From: a virus
Lineage: Duplodnaviria > Caudoviricetes
Strand: one strand, 5' to 3'
Length of the DNA: 57,136 nt
Virus record (IMG/VR): IMGVR_UViG_3300037307_000387
Coordinates: 1-57,136 of that record
This document shows, piece after piece, positions 24,559 to 34,542 of the stretch; position 1 is the stretch's first letter; each line of letters begins with the position of its first letter. A program made the translations under genes and the position numbers. The notes below the pieces were generated by a model. That model had not been told where the DNA came from and did not search any database. It saw only the letters and a list, made by a program, of their open reading frames with translations.

Positions 24559-26873
24559 GGGAGCCTACCGATCTCGGCGTCGAGGAGCGCGTGCGGGAAG
24601 ACGCGGCGCTCGCGGATGCGCCCGTCGAACTGGCTCGCCCCGGAGCCGTTGCTGCCGATGCGGAGCGTCTCGGGGCTCGTGAAGGTCGGCGCAGCGCTCG
24701 TCGCGTCGGTGCCCTTCGCGCCATCGACGAAGACGCTGATCGAGTAGGCCGAAAGGTCAAGCTCGCCAGCGCTGCTCGTCCAGCGCGCAGCGAGCCGGTA
24801 CGTCGTCCCGGCGACGGGCGAGGCCGCGCGCGAGGCGATGTAGGTCGAGCCGCCGACCTTGCGCTCGAAGCGCCACGCCGAGGACGCGCGGTCGTAGTAG
24901 AGCGCGTCGTAGTCCGCGCCGCCGTTCGTCTCCATGTGGTAGACGTAGCGCTTGTCGCTGCCGCCGAGCTGCGAGGCGCTCCACGTCGGGATGACCTCGG
25001 CGAAGAAGGTGCCCACCGTCGGGTCGTAGACCTTCGCGGTGGTCGTCACGTCGTAAGCGAGCGTCGCTGCGCCGCGCGTGACGGACGAGGCGTCGGAGAT
25101 GATGCGCGTGCCGACGTAGCCGCCGACCTCAAGCTGCGCGTGGAAGAGACGACCGATGCGCCCGGCGGTGCCGCCGCCGAGGAAGCCGACCCCGAAGAGG
25201 ACTGTCGAGTTCGCCGCGCCGATGGAGAACGGCGACGAGACGTAGCGGCTCGCCTCGTTCGGGCTCGTCACGTTGGATAGCGTGTTCTGGATCTCGCTCG
25301 CCTGCCACGAGTTGCTGCCCGCGTTGTACCAGTAGTTGTCGGCGTTGCGGCGCATCGTGAAGTAGAGCCCCGCGCCGGAGTCCTCGGCGTGGTCGATCGA
25401 GAGCACGCAGACCGAGTTCGCGGTGATCGACGCGCTCGTCGGCAGCCAGACGGCCAAGGTGACGGTGTGCGGCGAGCCGGCGGTGAGCTTGATGCTGCTC
25501 GGCGAGGACTCCGGGTTGAAGAGAAGGACGGCGGTGTCGGCGGCAACCGCAGAGCCGTTGGTGCCGGTGCCGCTCGTCGATAGGCCCGTCATCCCCGACA
25601 CGCCCGAGGAGCGCAGCAGGTAGTTGGTCCGCGACGCCTCGAAGAACTCGCCCGTGCTCGTGATGGCCGGCGTCGCCGCGCTGCACTCGATGACCTTCGT
25701 CGGGTCAGTCGGATTGGCGACCCACGACTTCCCCGTGCGCGTGTAGGTGCGCGCGGCCCCGCGCGCGAGACGCGCGACGCCGTTGTCGCGCTCGAGGTCA
25801 AGCCCCGAGAGGTTCGCGAGCGAGGTCATCCCGGTGTCGTAGAGCCGCACGTCAAGCTCGCGACGGTCGAGCAGGAGCAGCCGGACGACCTGCGCGTGCA
25901 CGTCGATCTCCATGCGCTGGATCGAGAACACGCGGCGCTTCCACTCCGCACCGCCGCTCCAGCCGATGCCGCTCGGCGTCGGGCCGATCGGGCTCTCGAC
26001 GGCGACGCGATCGAGCACGTTCGCGTCGAGGATCGAGAGCGGCGCGGTGATCTCCAGCAGCGCGCGCGGCCGGCGCAGCGTCCACAGCCGGCGGGTCAGG
26101 ATCTCGCGGATGCGGTTGTTCTGCGCCGGCGTACCGGCGTTCGTCTGGAAGCTCCGCTCGGGCGACTCGTAAAGCACCGAGCCGCTGTTGAGCGCCTGCA
26201 CCTTGTAGAGGTAGGTCGTGCCCGGCGTGAGCCCCGTCAGGTTGCGCGAGCAGGTGACGGTCCCGGTCTGCCCCGGCGCGGAGGTGTAGGACGGCGCGTC
26301 GAACGAGCCCGCCGTGAACTCCTTGTACACGAGCCGCCACTGCGAGCCGCCGTCGCCGTTCGCGTTGTACTGGCCGTTGAGCGTGACGGAGGTCGGCGCG
26401 TAGTTCGTGACGTCGTTCGCGGTCAGCGAGAGCAGCGGCAGGTAGTCCCACGAGATCGTGACTGGCATGTGGTTGATCGTCGATGGATTGCTGTTGCCGT
26501 TGCCAGCGCAGTAGCACTGCGACGCGATGTTCGCCGCCGCGTTGCGGCTCAGGCCGTAGACGTAGCCGCCGATCGTGTACGCCCCGGTGCCAGTCACGAC
26601 CTGCACCGCCTGCCCGCCGAGGTACATCGTCAGCGTCGCGCCCGAGCCGTTGCTGCCGCCACCGCCGACGTAGGCCCAATTGATGCCGCAGTAGGTCGGC
26701 AGCCCCGTGAAGGTGTAGTAGTGCCCCTGCGAGTAGCCCGCGACCGAGCCGTCCGTGCGAACGTCCGACGAGTCGTTCGCCGCGATGCCGTCAGGATAGG
26801 TGGCGGCGAAGCCGAACCACGTGCCGCTGCCGCCGCCGTCGGTGTAGGTGACCTCGGAGTAGATGGTAGGCAT
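24555..26873 (-). CDS. Tail protein with FN3-like and C-terminal LamG-like domains (probable receptor-binding protein)
   Basis: LTGLTPGTTYLYKVQA (FN3); SVFVDGAK...LRIGS...FDGRIRE..VF..AL (LamG). Confidence 0.7.
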   Translation of the reverse strand: MPTIYSEVTYTDGGGSGTWFGFAATYPDGIAANDSSDVRTDGSVAGYSQGHYYTFTGLPTYCGINWAYVGGGGSNGSGATLTMYLGGQAVQVVTGTGAYTIGGYVYGLSRNAAANIASQCYCAGNGNSNPSTINHMPVTISWDYLPLLSLTANDVTNYAPTSVTLNGQYNANGDGGSQWRLVYKEFTAGSFDAPSYTSAPGQTGTVTCSRNLTGLTPGTTYLYKVQALNSGSVLYESPERSFQTNAGTPAQNNRIREILTRRLWTLRRPRALLEITAPLSILDANVLDRVAVESPIGPTPSGIGWSGGAEWKRRVFSIQRMEIDVHAQVVRLLLLDRRELDVRLYDTGMTSLANLSGLDLERDNGVARLARGAARTYTRTGKSWVANPTDPTKVIECSAATPAITSTGEFFEASRTNYLLRSSGVSGMTGLSTSGTGTNGSAVAADTAVLLFNPESSPSSIKLTAGSPHTVTLAVWLPTSASITANSVCVLSIDHAEDSGAGLYFTMRRNADNYWYNAGSNSWQASEIQNTLSNVTSPNEASRYVSSPFSIGAANSTVLFGVGFLGGGTAGRIGRLFHAQLEVGGYVGTRIISDASSVTRGAATLAYDVTTTAKVYDPTVGTFFAEVIPTWSASQLGGSDKRYVYHMETNGGADYDALYYDRASSAWRFERKVGGSTYIASRAASPVAGTTYRLAARWTSSAGELDLSAYSISVFVDGAKGTDATSAAPTFTSPETLRIGSNGSGASQFDGRIRERRVFPHALLDAEIGRLP

Positions 26874-26879
26874 TGGGTG

Positions 26880-28175
26880 CTAGATGAAGGCCGCCGAGTA
26901 GCGAAGGTCGAGCGATTCCGGCGCGCCCTCTCCCGTCTGGAGATCCTGCACCGTCAGGTACTGCCGGTAGCTGGAGTCGCTGTCGAAGTAGGCATAGGAG
27001 GCGTCGATGCGGTCGATGGCGTCGGCGGTCGGAAACTGGAGCCGCCAGCCGTCGACCTCGTCGGAGCGCAGCACGTAGGGCGCGGAGAAGTCGGTCGGGT
27101 CATCGACGCCGAGCGCGATCTTGTCGGCTTCCCACCACGCCTTCAGCTGGTACGACTCGAGGAACTGCGAGATGAAGCTGATGCCCGTCGTCTTCGAGCC
27201 GATGTGGACCGACGCCTCGACGCCTCGCGCTGAGAAGTAGGACGAGAGCGCGGCGAGCCGCGTCGTCTCGACCATCGCCGTCGAGGACCACGCTCCGCTG
27301 CGGTAGTCGGAGTAGACCCAGTTGTTGAGGACGTGCGCCAGTACGTCGGCGGGATTCGAGATGAGCGTCCCGCTGCCGTCGCCCACCGACTCCATACCCT
27401 TCACGTCAGCCGTGATCGGCTTCGTGCCCTGATCGGCAACGAAGTCGACGACCGTGTACACCCGCCCGTTCACCACCGGGTTCGTGACCGTGTAGTCCGT
27501 CGTCAGCGTCTTGCGAACGCCGTCGGAGAAGACGGCCACGACCGACTTCGCGATCCCCGCACAGACGACGTAGCGGAAGCCGGTGCGATCGACGTACAGG
27601 CACTTCACCGCGCCAAGCTCCGTCATCTGCGCCGAGGAGACGGTGCCGTAGATGATCGGGATCGGCTTGCTCAACTCCGAGCGGTCGGCGTTCGGCCAGT
27701 CGCCGAGCGAGATCACGGCGCGCGGCATCGTCTCGCGCCGCAGCGGCAGGTCGAGCGATGCCAGCTGCACGCTCCACGTCAGCGGAGCGGGCTGGTACAT
27801 CGAGTCGATCCGCCCGACGAAGGCGGTGTACCAGTTCGCCGCCGCGACGTTCGGCGAGGCGAGGTAGATCGTCGCCGTCGAGCCGCGCATCGTGCGCCCT
27901 TCGCTGCCGAGCCAGCGCCGCGAGAGGTCGCCGTCCGTGTCGTCGAGCACGACCTCGGTCGATGGAAGCTCCAGCGTGCTCTGCCGGTAGTTCGTCGACT
28001 TCGAGATCGGCCCCCACGTCAGCACGCGCGGCTCGTACAGCCCGGTGCCCGAGACGAGCCCGCCGGGCTCCGAGTAGTAGCGCGCGCCAGACGGCAGGTC
28101 GAGGCGTAGCAGGAACAGGACGGACGGCGAGGCCCTCTGAAGCTCGGCGAGCATCGAGGCGTTCAGGTTGCCCAT
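26880..28175 (-). CDS. Baseplate hub/tail protein
   Basis: Directly after the TMP; FVGRID, KPIPIIYG, NPADVL motifs. Confidence 0.65.
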   Translation of the reverse strand: MGNLNASMLAELQRASPSVLFLLRLDLPSGARYYSEPGGLVSGTGLYEPRVLTWGPISKSTNYRQSTLELPSTEVVLDDTDGDLSRRWLGSEGRTMRGSTATIYLASPNVAAANWYTAFVGRIDSMYQPAPLTWSVQLASLDLPLRRETMPRAVISLGDWPNADRSELSKPIPIIYGTVSSAQMTELGAVKCLYVDRTGFRYVVCAGIAKSVVAVFSDGVRKTLTTDYTVTNPVVNGRVYTVVDFVADQGTKPITADVKGMESVGDGSGTLISNPADVLAHVLNNWVYSDYRSGAWSSTAMVETTRLAALSSYFSARGVEASVHIGSKTTGISFISQFLESYQLKAWWEADKIALGVDDPTDFSAPYVLRSDEVDGWRLQFPTADAIDRIDASYAYFDSDSSYRQYLTVQDLQTGEGAPESLDLRYSAAFI

Positions 28176-28178
28176 GCG

Positions 28179-31085
28179 CTACTTCGCCTTGCGGGCAAGC
28201 TCCTCGAAGCGCGTGAGGAAGCCGCGGTAGTTCTGATCGAGCGCCCGCTCGACGGCCGCCGTGACGTACTGCCCGAAGGCGCGCTGCCCCTCGACCGTCT
28301 GCACCGCGCTCTCCTGCGTGATGTTGATGACGGGCGAGTAGACCATCGGTTGCGCCGCGCTGACGTTCGCCCCCGGGGGCGTCTCGCCGCGCGGCGTCAC
28401 CGACACGAACTCCGGCCCCGACTCACCGGCGAGGAACCGCGTCGGCTTGTTTACCCATCCGCTGTAGCCCTCGGCCGCCGCGACCTCTTCGCCGCCCATG
28501 TAGTCGCCGCCGCCGCCGCCATAGCTTGGGACGCGGTACTGGTGCGAGGCGTTCGCGCCGCGGCCGATCTCGTCGGCGAGGCCCTTCGCGCCACCGTACG
28601 CGCGCTCCAGAGCCGCCGCGACGCGCTCCATCGCGTTCGCCGCGCGGACGAGCGGATCCTCCTTGAACGCCATCCCGTTCGCCTCGGCGGTCTCCTTGAG
28701 CTTGAGGAGGTTCTCGTCGAGCGGGATGCCGAGCGCTTGGTACTGCGCGATGATCTCGGAGATGGCCGGGCCGACCGCGCGGATCGCCGCCTGCTGCGCC
28801 GCCGCGCCCTCGAGCCCCTGCGCCTGCGCCGCCGCGAGAGCCTGATTGTACTGGTCGGTCGCGACGATGCTGGCATTCGAGAGGTCGGTGATCGAGATGA
28901 CCCCCATGTCGGCCATCCCCTTGAGCGCCTGCGCCAGCCCGACCGCGCCCTCGGTCGCGCCCGCGAACGCCTCGCTCGTCGCGAGGTTCATCTGCTGCTG
29001 GATCGGAGCGAGGTAGGCCAGCATCGCCTCGCTCGCGCCCTCGGTCAGCTTCTTGAACGCCTCGCCGAGCGCGCTCGATGCGGCGACGAGCCCCTTCTCC
29101 TTGACGGTCGCCCAGAAGACGGAGGAGAACAGCCCCGCCTGCGCCATCGCCCCCGCCTCGGTCGCGGGCTTGAGCGACGTGATCATCTTCGTGATCCCGC
29201 TCGCGGCGGTGTCGTAGCCGGCGACGCGGCGCTGCTCTGCCTCCTCCTCCCGCCGCTTCTTCTCCGCGGCCTCGGCCTCCTTGCGCTTGCGCTCCTCCTC
29301 CTTCTTCTTCTTCTTGTTCCCGAAGATGCCGCCGATGAGCCCCCCGATCCCGCCGACGACCGCGCCGATCGGCCCGCCGATCGAGAAGCCCGCCATCGCG
29401 CCGCCGGCGGCACCCTGAATGCCCGCGCCAGCCGTGCCGCCGATGAGCCCGCCGATCTGCCCCACACCCCCAGCGATGGCACCGAAGCGCGCCGCCGGGT
29501 CCATCTTTTCCCACCCCTTGAAGCTCTGCGTGATGTTGCCGATGACCTGCGCCACGTCGCCGAACTTTCCGCCTATCGCGCCCGCGAGCAGCGACACGCC
29601 CTGCAGGAGCGTTTCCCACTTGAAGGTCTTCTTCGTGATCGCGTCGAGGTACTTCTGGCTCTCTGTCGACAGGGTCTTGACGATGGGCGCAATCGAGTCG
29701 AGCGCGGTGCCCTTGCCGTCCTTGAAGAGTGTCGACTGCGCCTTGCCCAAGAGGTGCTCGATGTCGAACTGCCTGAGGTACTCTGGCGAGATCGTCTTCG
29801 CGACCGACGCGAACGGTGCCCGCAGCGAGGCGATCTTGTCCCGCTGCGCGAGCCCGTCCATCAGCTTGGCGATCTCTTTCGCCTGCTTGATCTGCTCCTT
29901 CGTCTGGACGGTCGCGTTGCTGGTCGCCACCCCGGCCTCGGCCATGGCGCTCGCGTACTGCTTCGCCGCACCCATCCCCGACGTGAAGGCGATCACGCCC
30001 TCGCGCATAGACTTGATCTGAGCGTCGGTCTCCTTTTGGAGGTTGCGGTTCTCGACCGCAGCGATCGACATCGAATCGCCGAGCGCAGTGAAGTGATCCT
30101 TCAGGCCCTTGGTCGGGGCGAACTTCGCGAGCATGCGGGCAGCGTCGCGGCCGGTCTCATTGATCGCCGCGAAGGCCCCCGCGAACGTCGACCGCATCTC
30201 CAAGATCCGGGCGATGAACTCGACGATGAAGGTGAGCGCGAAGCGGATTCCCTCGGTCAGCCCGATCCTGATGGCGTCCTTGTTGTCGAGGAGGAACTTC
30301 GCGAGCTTCGAGAGCTGAAGCAGGACAAGCTGCATGACGGGCAGCAGCGCCTCCCCCATAGCGATCTGGAGGTTCTTCGTCTGCTCCTTGAGGAGCCTCA
30401 GCTGGTTGACCGGCGAGTCCATCGTCCTCGCGAGGTCGCCTTGCGCTTTGCCGGTCTGGCTGAGAATGGCCTGATACCGCGCCTGAACCTTCTGCTGCTC
30501 CGTTAGCTCCTCGCCCACGCGCGCGATCCCCATGGCGTAGGCGGTCTGCTTCACCGTGTTGGCGTCGACGAGGATGCCGAGCTGCCTCAGCGGCTCCATC
30601 TCCCCGACGAGCCCTGATCGCAGCTTGTTGAAGGCCACGTCCATCGGCAGGTTGTAGAACGAGGCCATGTCGCCGGCCAGCTTCGTCATCCCGGTCGACA
30701 TCTCGAAGGCCGACTGCTTCGTCAGCCCCATGCTCTGCGTCATCGTGTAGAGCATCCCGGCGTTCTTGCGAAGCTCGTACTCGTTAAGCCCTGTCGCTTT
30801 TTGGATCTCTTGGGACCAGCGCCTCGCCGCCGCCGCCATCTCACCGAAACTGACCTCGAAGAGGTTCTCCGACTCCTGAGCCTCGGCCGCCGCACCGAGG
30901 GCAGCCTGCCCCACGCTGAACAGGCTGCCCGCGACCTTCATCGCCCCCTGCGTGATCGCTGACCCGAAGCCCAGCCCGATCCCGCCGAGGATGGAGTCGA
31001 ACGCCTTCGACTCGCTCTTGGCCTTGTTCAGGCCAGAGAGGAAGTCGCGGGTGTCGAGGTCGAGGCGTACCTCAAGGGCATCCAC
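28179..31085 (-). CDS. Tape measure protein
   Basis: 968 aa, Ala/Gly-rich helical; LAGDMASFYN...GEMEPLRQLGI...AQGDLART; GxxxG segment; C-terminal AGESGPEFV. Confidence 0.92.
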   Translation of the reverse strand: MDALEVRLDLDTRDFLSGLNKAKSESKAFDSILGGIGLGFGSAITQGAMKVAGSLFSVGQAALGAAAEAQESENLFEVSFGEMAAAARRWSQEIQKATGLNEYELRKNAGMLYTMTQSMGLTKQSAFEMSTGMTKLAGDMASFYNLPMDVAFNKLRSGLVGEMEPLRQLGILVDANTVKQTAYAMGIARVGEELTEQQKVQARYQAILSQTGKAQGDLARTMDSPVNQLRLLKEQTKNLQIAMGEALLPVMQLVLLQLSKLAKFLLDNKDAIRIGLTEGIRFALTFIVEFIARILEMRSTFAGAFAAINETGRDAARMLAKFAPTKGLKDHFTALGDSMSIAAVENRNLQKETDAQIKSMREGVIAFTSGMGAAKQYASAMAEAGVATSNATVQTKEQIKQAKEIAKLMDGLAQRDKIASLRAPFASVAKTISPEYLRQFDIEHLLGKAQSTLFKDGKGTALDSIAPIVKTLSTESQKYLDAITKKTFKWETLLQGVSLLAGAIGGKFGDVAQVIGNITQSFKGWEKMDPAARFGAIAGGVGQIGGLIGGTAGAGIQGAAGGAMAGFSIGGPIGAVVGGIGGLIGGIFGNKKKKKEEERKRKEAEAAEKKRREEEAEQRRVAGYDTAASGITKMITSLKPATEAGAMAQAGLFSSVFWATVKEKGLVAASSALGEAFKKLTEGASEAMLAYLAPIQQQMNLATSEAFAGATEGAVGLAQALKGMADMGVISITDLSNASIVATDQYNQALAAAQAQGLEGAAAQQAAIRAVGPAISEIIAQYQALGIPLDENLLKLKETAEANGMAFKEDPLVRAANAMERVAAALERAYGGAKGLADEIGRGANASHQYRVPSYGGGGGDYMGGEEVAAAEGYSGWVNKPTRFLAGESGPEFVSVTPRGETPPGANVSAAQPMVYSPVINITQESAVQTVEGQRAFGQYVTAAVERALDQNYRGFLTRFEELARKAK

Positions 31086-31101
31086 TGGAGCGTTCCCTCC
31101 T

Positions 31102-31377
31102 TTAGTCGGGGATCTCGTCTTCGTCGAGCTGTCCTGAGGTCAGCCCGAAGAAGAGGGCGCGGGGGGTCGTGCGGCCTTGGTCGCTCTTCGAGAGGTGCGG
31201 TGCCATCACGCTACTGACCGCCCAAGAGAGGTGCATCGCCCGGCGGTTCCTTCTCCTTCGCTCGCCCCACAGCCGCCACGAAAGCTCCAGCGGCGTCATC
31301 TCGTCGAACTCGGCCCACCCCACCCCGAGATGCTCGACAGCGACGCGCCACGCGAACGAGTGGTTGTTCGCCAGCAC
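31102..31377 (-). CDS. Tail assembly chaperone, downstream (gpT-like) part
   Basis: LGVGWAEFDEMTPLEL; lies in the -1 frame relative to the upstream TAC and is open across its stop. Confidence 0.65.
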   Translation of the reverse strand: MLANNHSFAWRVAVEHLGVGWAEFDEMTPLELSWRLWGERRRRNRRAMHLSWAVSSVMAPHLSKSDQGRTTPRALFFGLTSGQLDEDEIPD

Positions 31378-31388
31378 GCATGGATCCT

Positions 31389-31742
31389 CTACTTGCCGGC
31401 GTCTTCCGCCGGCAGGGGAGGGCGGTCTTCTTGGCTCCCGCGGAGGACGCCGCTGCGCTTCAGCGCCTCCATCAGGTCGTTGATGAGGGTCGGCAGGTCG
31501 CCGCCAGCGGCCATGTGCTTCTCAATGGCCGACTCGACATCCTCCACCTTGACGCGCGGGTTGCCGGCGAGGAGCCCGGCCGCGATCCCGGCGACGAGGT
31601 AGTCGGCACCAATCCGGCCGCTCGCGGAATCGCCGAAGAAGTTGCCGCCGGTGATCTTCTCGAAGTGGCGGATGGCCTTGAACGAGTAGGTGAGGTCGAG
31701 CACCTCGCCGTGCGCGAGCTTCATCTGGTACGGGTCACGCAT
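31389..31742 (-). CDS. Tail assembly chaperone (gpG-like)
   Basis: GGAGG RBS; LTYSFKAIRHFEKITG; between the tail tube and the TMP. Confidence 0.75.
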   Translation of the reverse strand: MRDPYQMKLAHGEVLDLTYSFKAIRHFEKITGGNFFGDSASGRIGADYLVAGIAAGLLAGNPRVKVEDVESAIEKHMAAGGDLPTLINDLMEALKRSGVLRGSQEDRPPLPAEDAGK

Positions 31743-31857
31743 CGAGTCCTCCTTCGCGCGGTCTGCGCGCGGTTACGGCGGGCTTGCCCCGTCCCGCCAC
31801 GGCGGCCCCACTAAGCCGCTCCCTCTATCGCCGGCCCCCGGGAGAGGGGGAGTCGTG

Positions 31858-32295
31858 TTACACGGTCGCGCGGTTCAGGTTGCCGGCGCACTGGAACGAC
31901 GCCTTGACCATGATCGCCTCGCCGACGCCGCCGTCGATCGGGTTGTACGACTCGAGCACGCAGGAGCCGTAGAAGACGGGGTTGCCCGAGCCGAGCGCGC
32001 CGCTCGACGGCTTGATCGCGATGTTGAACGGCCCCTGCCCGTAGCGCCCGTCGAGCAGCGCGTCGATCTGCGAGGAGCCCGCGAAGTCCTGCAGGCACTC
32101 CACGTCGACCGACCACTCGTTGAGGCCGGGCAGGTTGATCTTCGTGGTGACGCCCATCTCCGAGATGTCGAGCATGTCGCTCGACCGCGTGATCGAAACG
32201 GAGTGGACGTGCGGCAGCTGCGTGCCCCCCGCGGTCGGCGGCGTGCCGGTGCCGAGGATGTAGACCCACGCATCGTAGAACTTGGTGACCGCCAT
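31858..32295 (-). CDS. Tail tube (major tail) protein
   Basis: VHSVSITRSSDMLDISEMG...PGLNEWSVDVE...YGSCVLESYNPIDGGVGE. Confidence 0.8.
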   Translation of the reverse strand: MAVTKFYDAWVYILGTGTPPTAGGTQLPHVHSVSITRSSDMLDISEMGVTTKINLPGLNEWSVDVECLQDFAGSSQIDALLDGRYGQGPFNIAIKPSSGALGSGNPVFYGSCVLESYNPIDGGVGEAIMVKASFQCAGNLNRATV

Positions 32296-32313
32296 GGCTT
32301 CCTGTCTCCTTTC

Positions 32314-33099
32314 CTAAACGCCGAGGCCCGCCGGGGTCGTCTTCCCGAAGGCCGCCACGGCGGTGAACGTCGTGCCGCCCGAGCGCGTGTACTTCACGCG
32401 GAAGTAGGTGTCGGTCGCGATCGGCCCCTGCAGTGACCCGATGTAGCTCCCGCCGCTCGTGAGCGCACCGGACGAAAGGCGCGAGGTCGGCGACGAGAAG
32501 CCCGTGTTGTCGTCCGACTCGACCTCGAAGGTCACCGTCGTCGCGTCGGTCGAGATGAGGTGGACGCACAGGACGAGGAAGTCGCCAGAGCCGAAGGCGG
32601 GCGTCAGCTGCTGGTAGGTGCCGTTGCCCGTCGCGCTCGTGCGCGCGGCGAGCGGCAGCCCGAGCACGCCGCGGCAGTGAGGCACCCGCGTGCCCGACGG
32701 CCCGTAGGCCGAGTAGTTGAAGGTCGCGTCGAAGGGGGCCAGCTCGCCGAAGGCCCCGAAGAAGTTGAAGGCCGACTCGACGACCGGGAAGAAGTAGGAC
32801 GGGCTGAGATCGACGCTCGCCTTCGCCGTCAGCAGGAACGGCCGCCCCTCGGGGTCGCCGAGCTTGTTGAAGAGGTTGGGGTCGGGGGCCTGCGTGCCGA
32901 CGACATCCTGCGCGTACCACCACCCGCTGACGCTCACCTCCGTCTCGTCCTGCCCCGGCGAATTGATGCGCGTCTCGACGCCGAAGACGGAGGTGTCGAG
33001 CATCGCGACCTTCCGCATCAAGGCCACCTTGTTGGACTGGCCCGTCAGGTTCCAGCCGTTGTAGTAGATGCCGGCGTCCGTGAACCTCTCGACAGCCAT
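32314..33099 (-). CDS. Tail-tube-like structural protein with an extra C-terminal domain
   Basis: NLTGQSNKVAL...LDTSVFG...PG N-terminus resembles the adjacent tube protein. Confidence 0.6.
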   Translation of the reverse strand: MAVERFTDAGIYYNGWNLTGQSNKVALMRKVAMLDTSVFGVETRINSPGQDETEVSVSGWWYAQDVVGTQAPDPNLFNKLGDPEGRPFLLTAKASVDLSPSYFFPVVESAFNFFGAFGELAPFDATFNYSAYGPSGTRVPHCRGVLGLPLAARTSATGNGTYQQLTPAFGSGDFLVLCVHLISTDATTVTFEVESDDNTGFSSPTSRLSSGALTSGGSYIGSLQGPIATDTYFRVKYTRSGGTTFTAVAAFGKTTPAGLGV

Positions 33100-33102
33100 C
33101 GC

Positions 33103-33321
33103 TTACTCCTCTGCGGCCCTCTCGCCGCCGATGAAGCCGCACCGCCTGCACATCCAGCGCCCCGGCACATCAAACGTCGCCACACCACCATCGCGCTCGC
33201 CCGGCGGGTGATCACACGCAGTCGACGACGAGACGGCCATCGCCTCTTCGAGCAGCTGAAGCTGCGTGAGGAGGGACGCCGCGGTCGCCCTGATCGCGCG
33301 GACCTGAAGTTGCAGGCTCAT
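33103..33321 (-). CDS. Small Cys/His protein
   Basis: ATGA overlap; CDHP...CRRCG. Confidence 0.55.
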   Translation of the reverse strand: MSLQLQVRAIRATAASLLTQLQLLEEAMAVSSSTACDHPPGERDGGVATFDVPGRWMCRRCGFIGGERAAEE

Positions 33322-33746
33322 GAGAGTTCCTTTGCCGCGTTGAAGTTGCACGCGATGATCCAGCGACCAGCGTCGTCACGCGTGAGCGGGAAAGGCGACT
33401 GCGTCGCCTCGATCAGCAGGTACCGCACCCCGCTGAGCGTGCCGGCGAACTTGTGAAGCCTCCCCCACGCCGCGCCAGCCTTCGATCTGGCGGTGGCGTA
33501 GGACGCCGACCGGACATGGACGACGAACGCGGCCTCTTCCGCCGCCACGGCACCCACCTCCGCCCCCATCTCATCCAGCGGCCTCCCGCCCGGCGACTCG
33601 ATGATGCCGATCGCATCGTGCGGGTGCGCCTGCGTGCCGGGGTACAGGCCACCCTTGTGGATCGGCCATGCCGGGTCGTTCGCCGCCGTCTTCACGACGC
33701 CGAGCCCTTCCGCCTCGAGGTGAGCCGCGATCTCGTCGAGCAGCAT
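33318..33746 (-). CDS. Tail terminator/minor capsid-type protein
   Basis: MLLDEIAAHLEAEGLG...VHVRSASY...QSPFPLTRDDAGRWIIACNF. Confidence 0.75.
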   Translation of the reverse strand: MLLDEIAAHLEAEGLGVVKTAANDPAWPIHKGGLYPGTQAHPHDAIGIIESPGGRPLDEMGAEVGAVAAEEAAFVVHVRSASYATARSKAGAAWGRLHKFAGTLSGVRYLLIEATQSPFPLTRDDAGRWIIACNFNAAKELS

Positions 33747-34225
33747 CAGTCGAACTCCGCGAGGATCGCCCTCGCCGCGTCCTCGGCAACCAGCGGGCCG
33801 TACTCGCGCAGCGGCATTTCCAAGAACTTCCACTGCGTCGGTGGCGCGTGGTAGGCATAGGGGTTCTCGTGAACGAAGCGGGCGTAGTCGGTGTCGTAGC
33901 CGACCGACCCGGAGACCCTCCCGTTCGCGTAGAGGGCGTCCACCCACGCGCTCGCGCGAAGGGCTCCCGTCTCGATGGGGCACAGGACGAGCGACCTCGT
34001 GAGGACCCTCCGCTTCAGCGCGTCGCGCAGCGCCTCGACGGCCTCATCCTTCGCGTCGCGCCAGTCGCTGTCGATCGAGTCGAGGAACGAGTTGAGGTTG
34101 ACGATGCTCATGTGGAACGCGGCGGCCCCGGTGTCGCCGCCACGCCCGGGGTACTTTTTCCCCCAAGAGCGCGGCTTCACCGTCCCGACGGACCGCCTGA
34201 CGCGGCTCGCCCGCACGGCCGCCAT
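33746..34225 (-). CDS. HK97 gp10-like tail completion protein
   Basis: CPIETGALRAS...VGYDTDYARFVHE...KFLEMP. Confidence 0.8.
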   Translation of the reverse strand: MAAVRASRVRRSVGTVKPRSWGKKYPGRGGDTGAAAFHMSIVNLNSFLDSIDSDWRDAKDEAVEALRDALKRRVLTRSLVLCPIETGALRASAWVDALYANGRVSGSVGYDTDYARFVHENPYAYHAPPTQWKFLEMPLREYGPLVAEDAARAILAEFD

Positions 34226-34542
34226 CAGAGCACCACCCGCAGGTGCCGCGTGCCGTCGGGCCACGCCGGCCGCGTGAACGACTTCACCGGATAGACGCGC
34301 CCGTCGTCGAGCGTCAGCGTGGCGTCGATTGTGAAGCCCGCCACGTCGGGCATGAGGACTGTGTAGGACGTGAGCACGTCCTCGCCGCTCGTGCTCTGCG
34401 ATCCCGTCCGCGCGTGCGTCACGCGAGCGCGCGAGGCGACGGACGAGCCGGCGGCCGCCTCGCCGTAGGCGTCCTTCGCCCCGGCGAGCGTCACCGTCAC
34501 CGTGTCCCGCATCTGCGCGAGGATCGCGCCCGGCAGCGGCAT
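34225..34542 (-). CDS. Head closure/stopper protein
   Basis: DTVTV...DAYGE; size and position. Confidence 0.7.
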   Translation of the reverse strand: MPLPGAILAQMRDTVTVTLAGAKDAYGEAAAGSSVASRARVTHARTGSQSTSGEDVLTSYTVLMPDVAGFTIDATLTLDDGRVYPVKSFTRPAWPDGTRHLRVVL

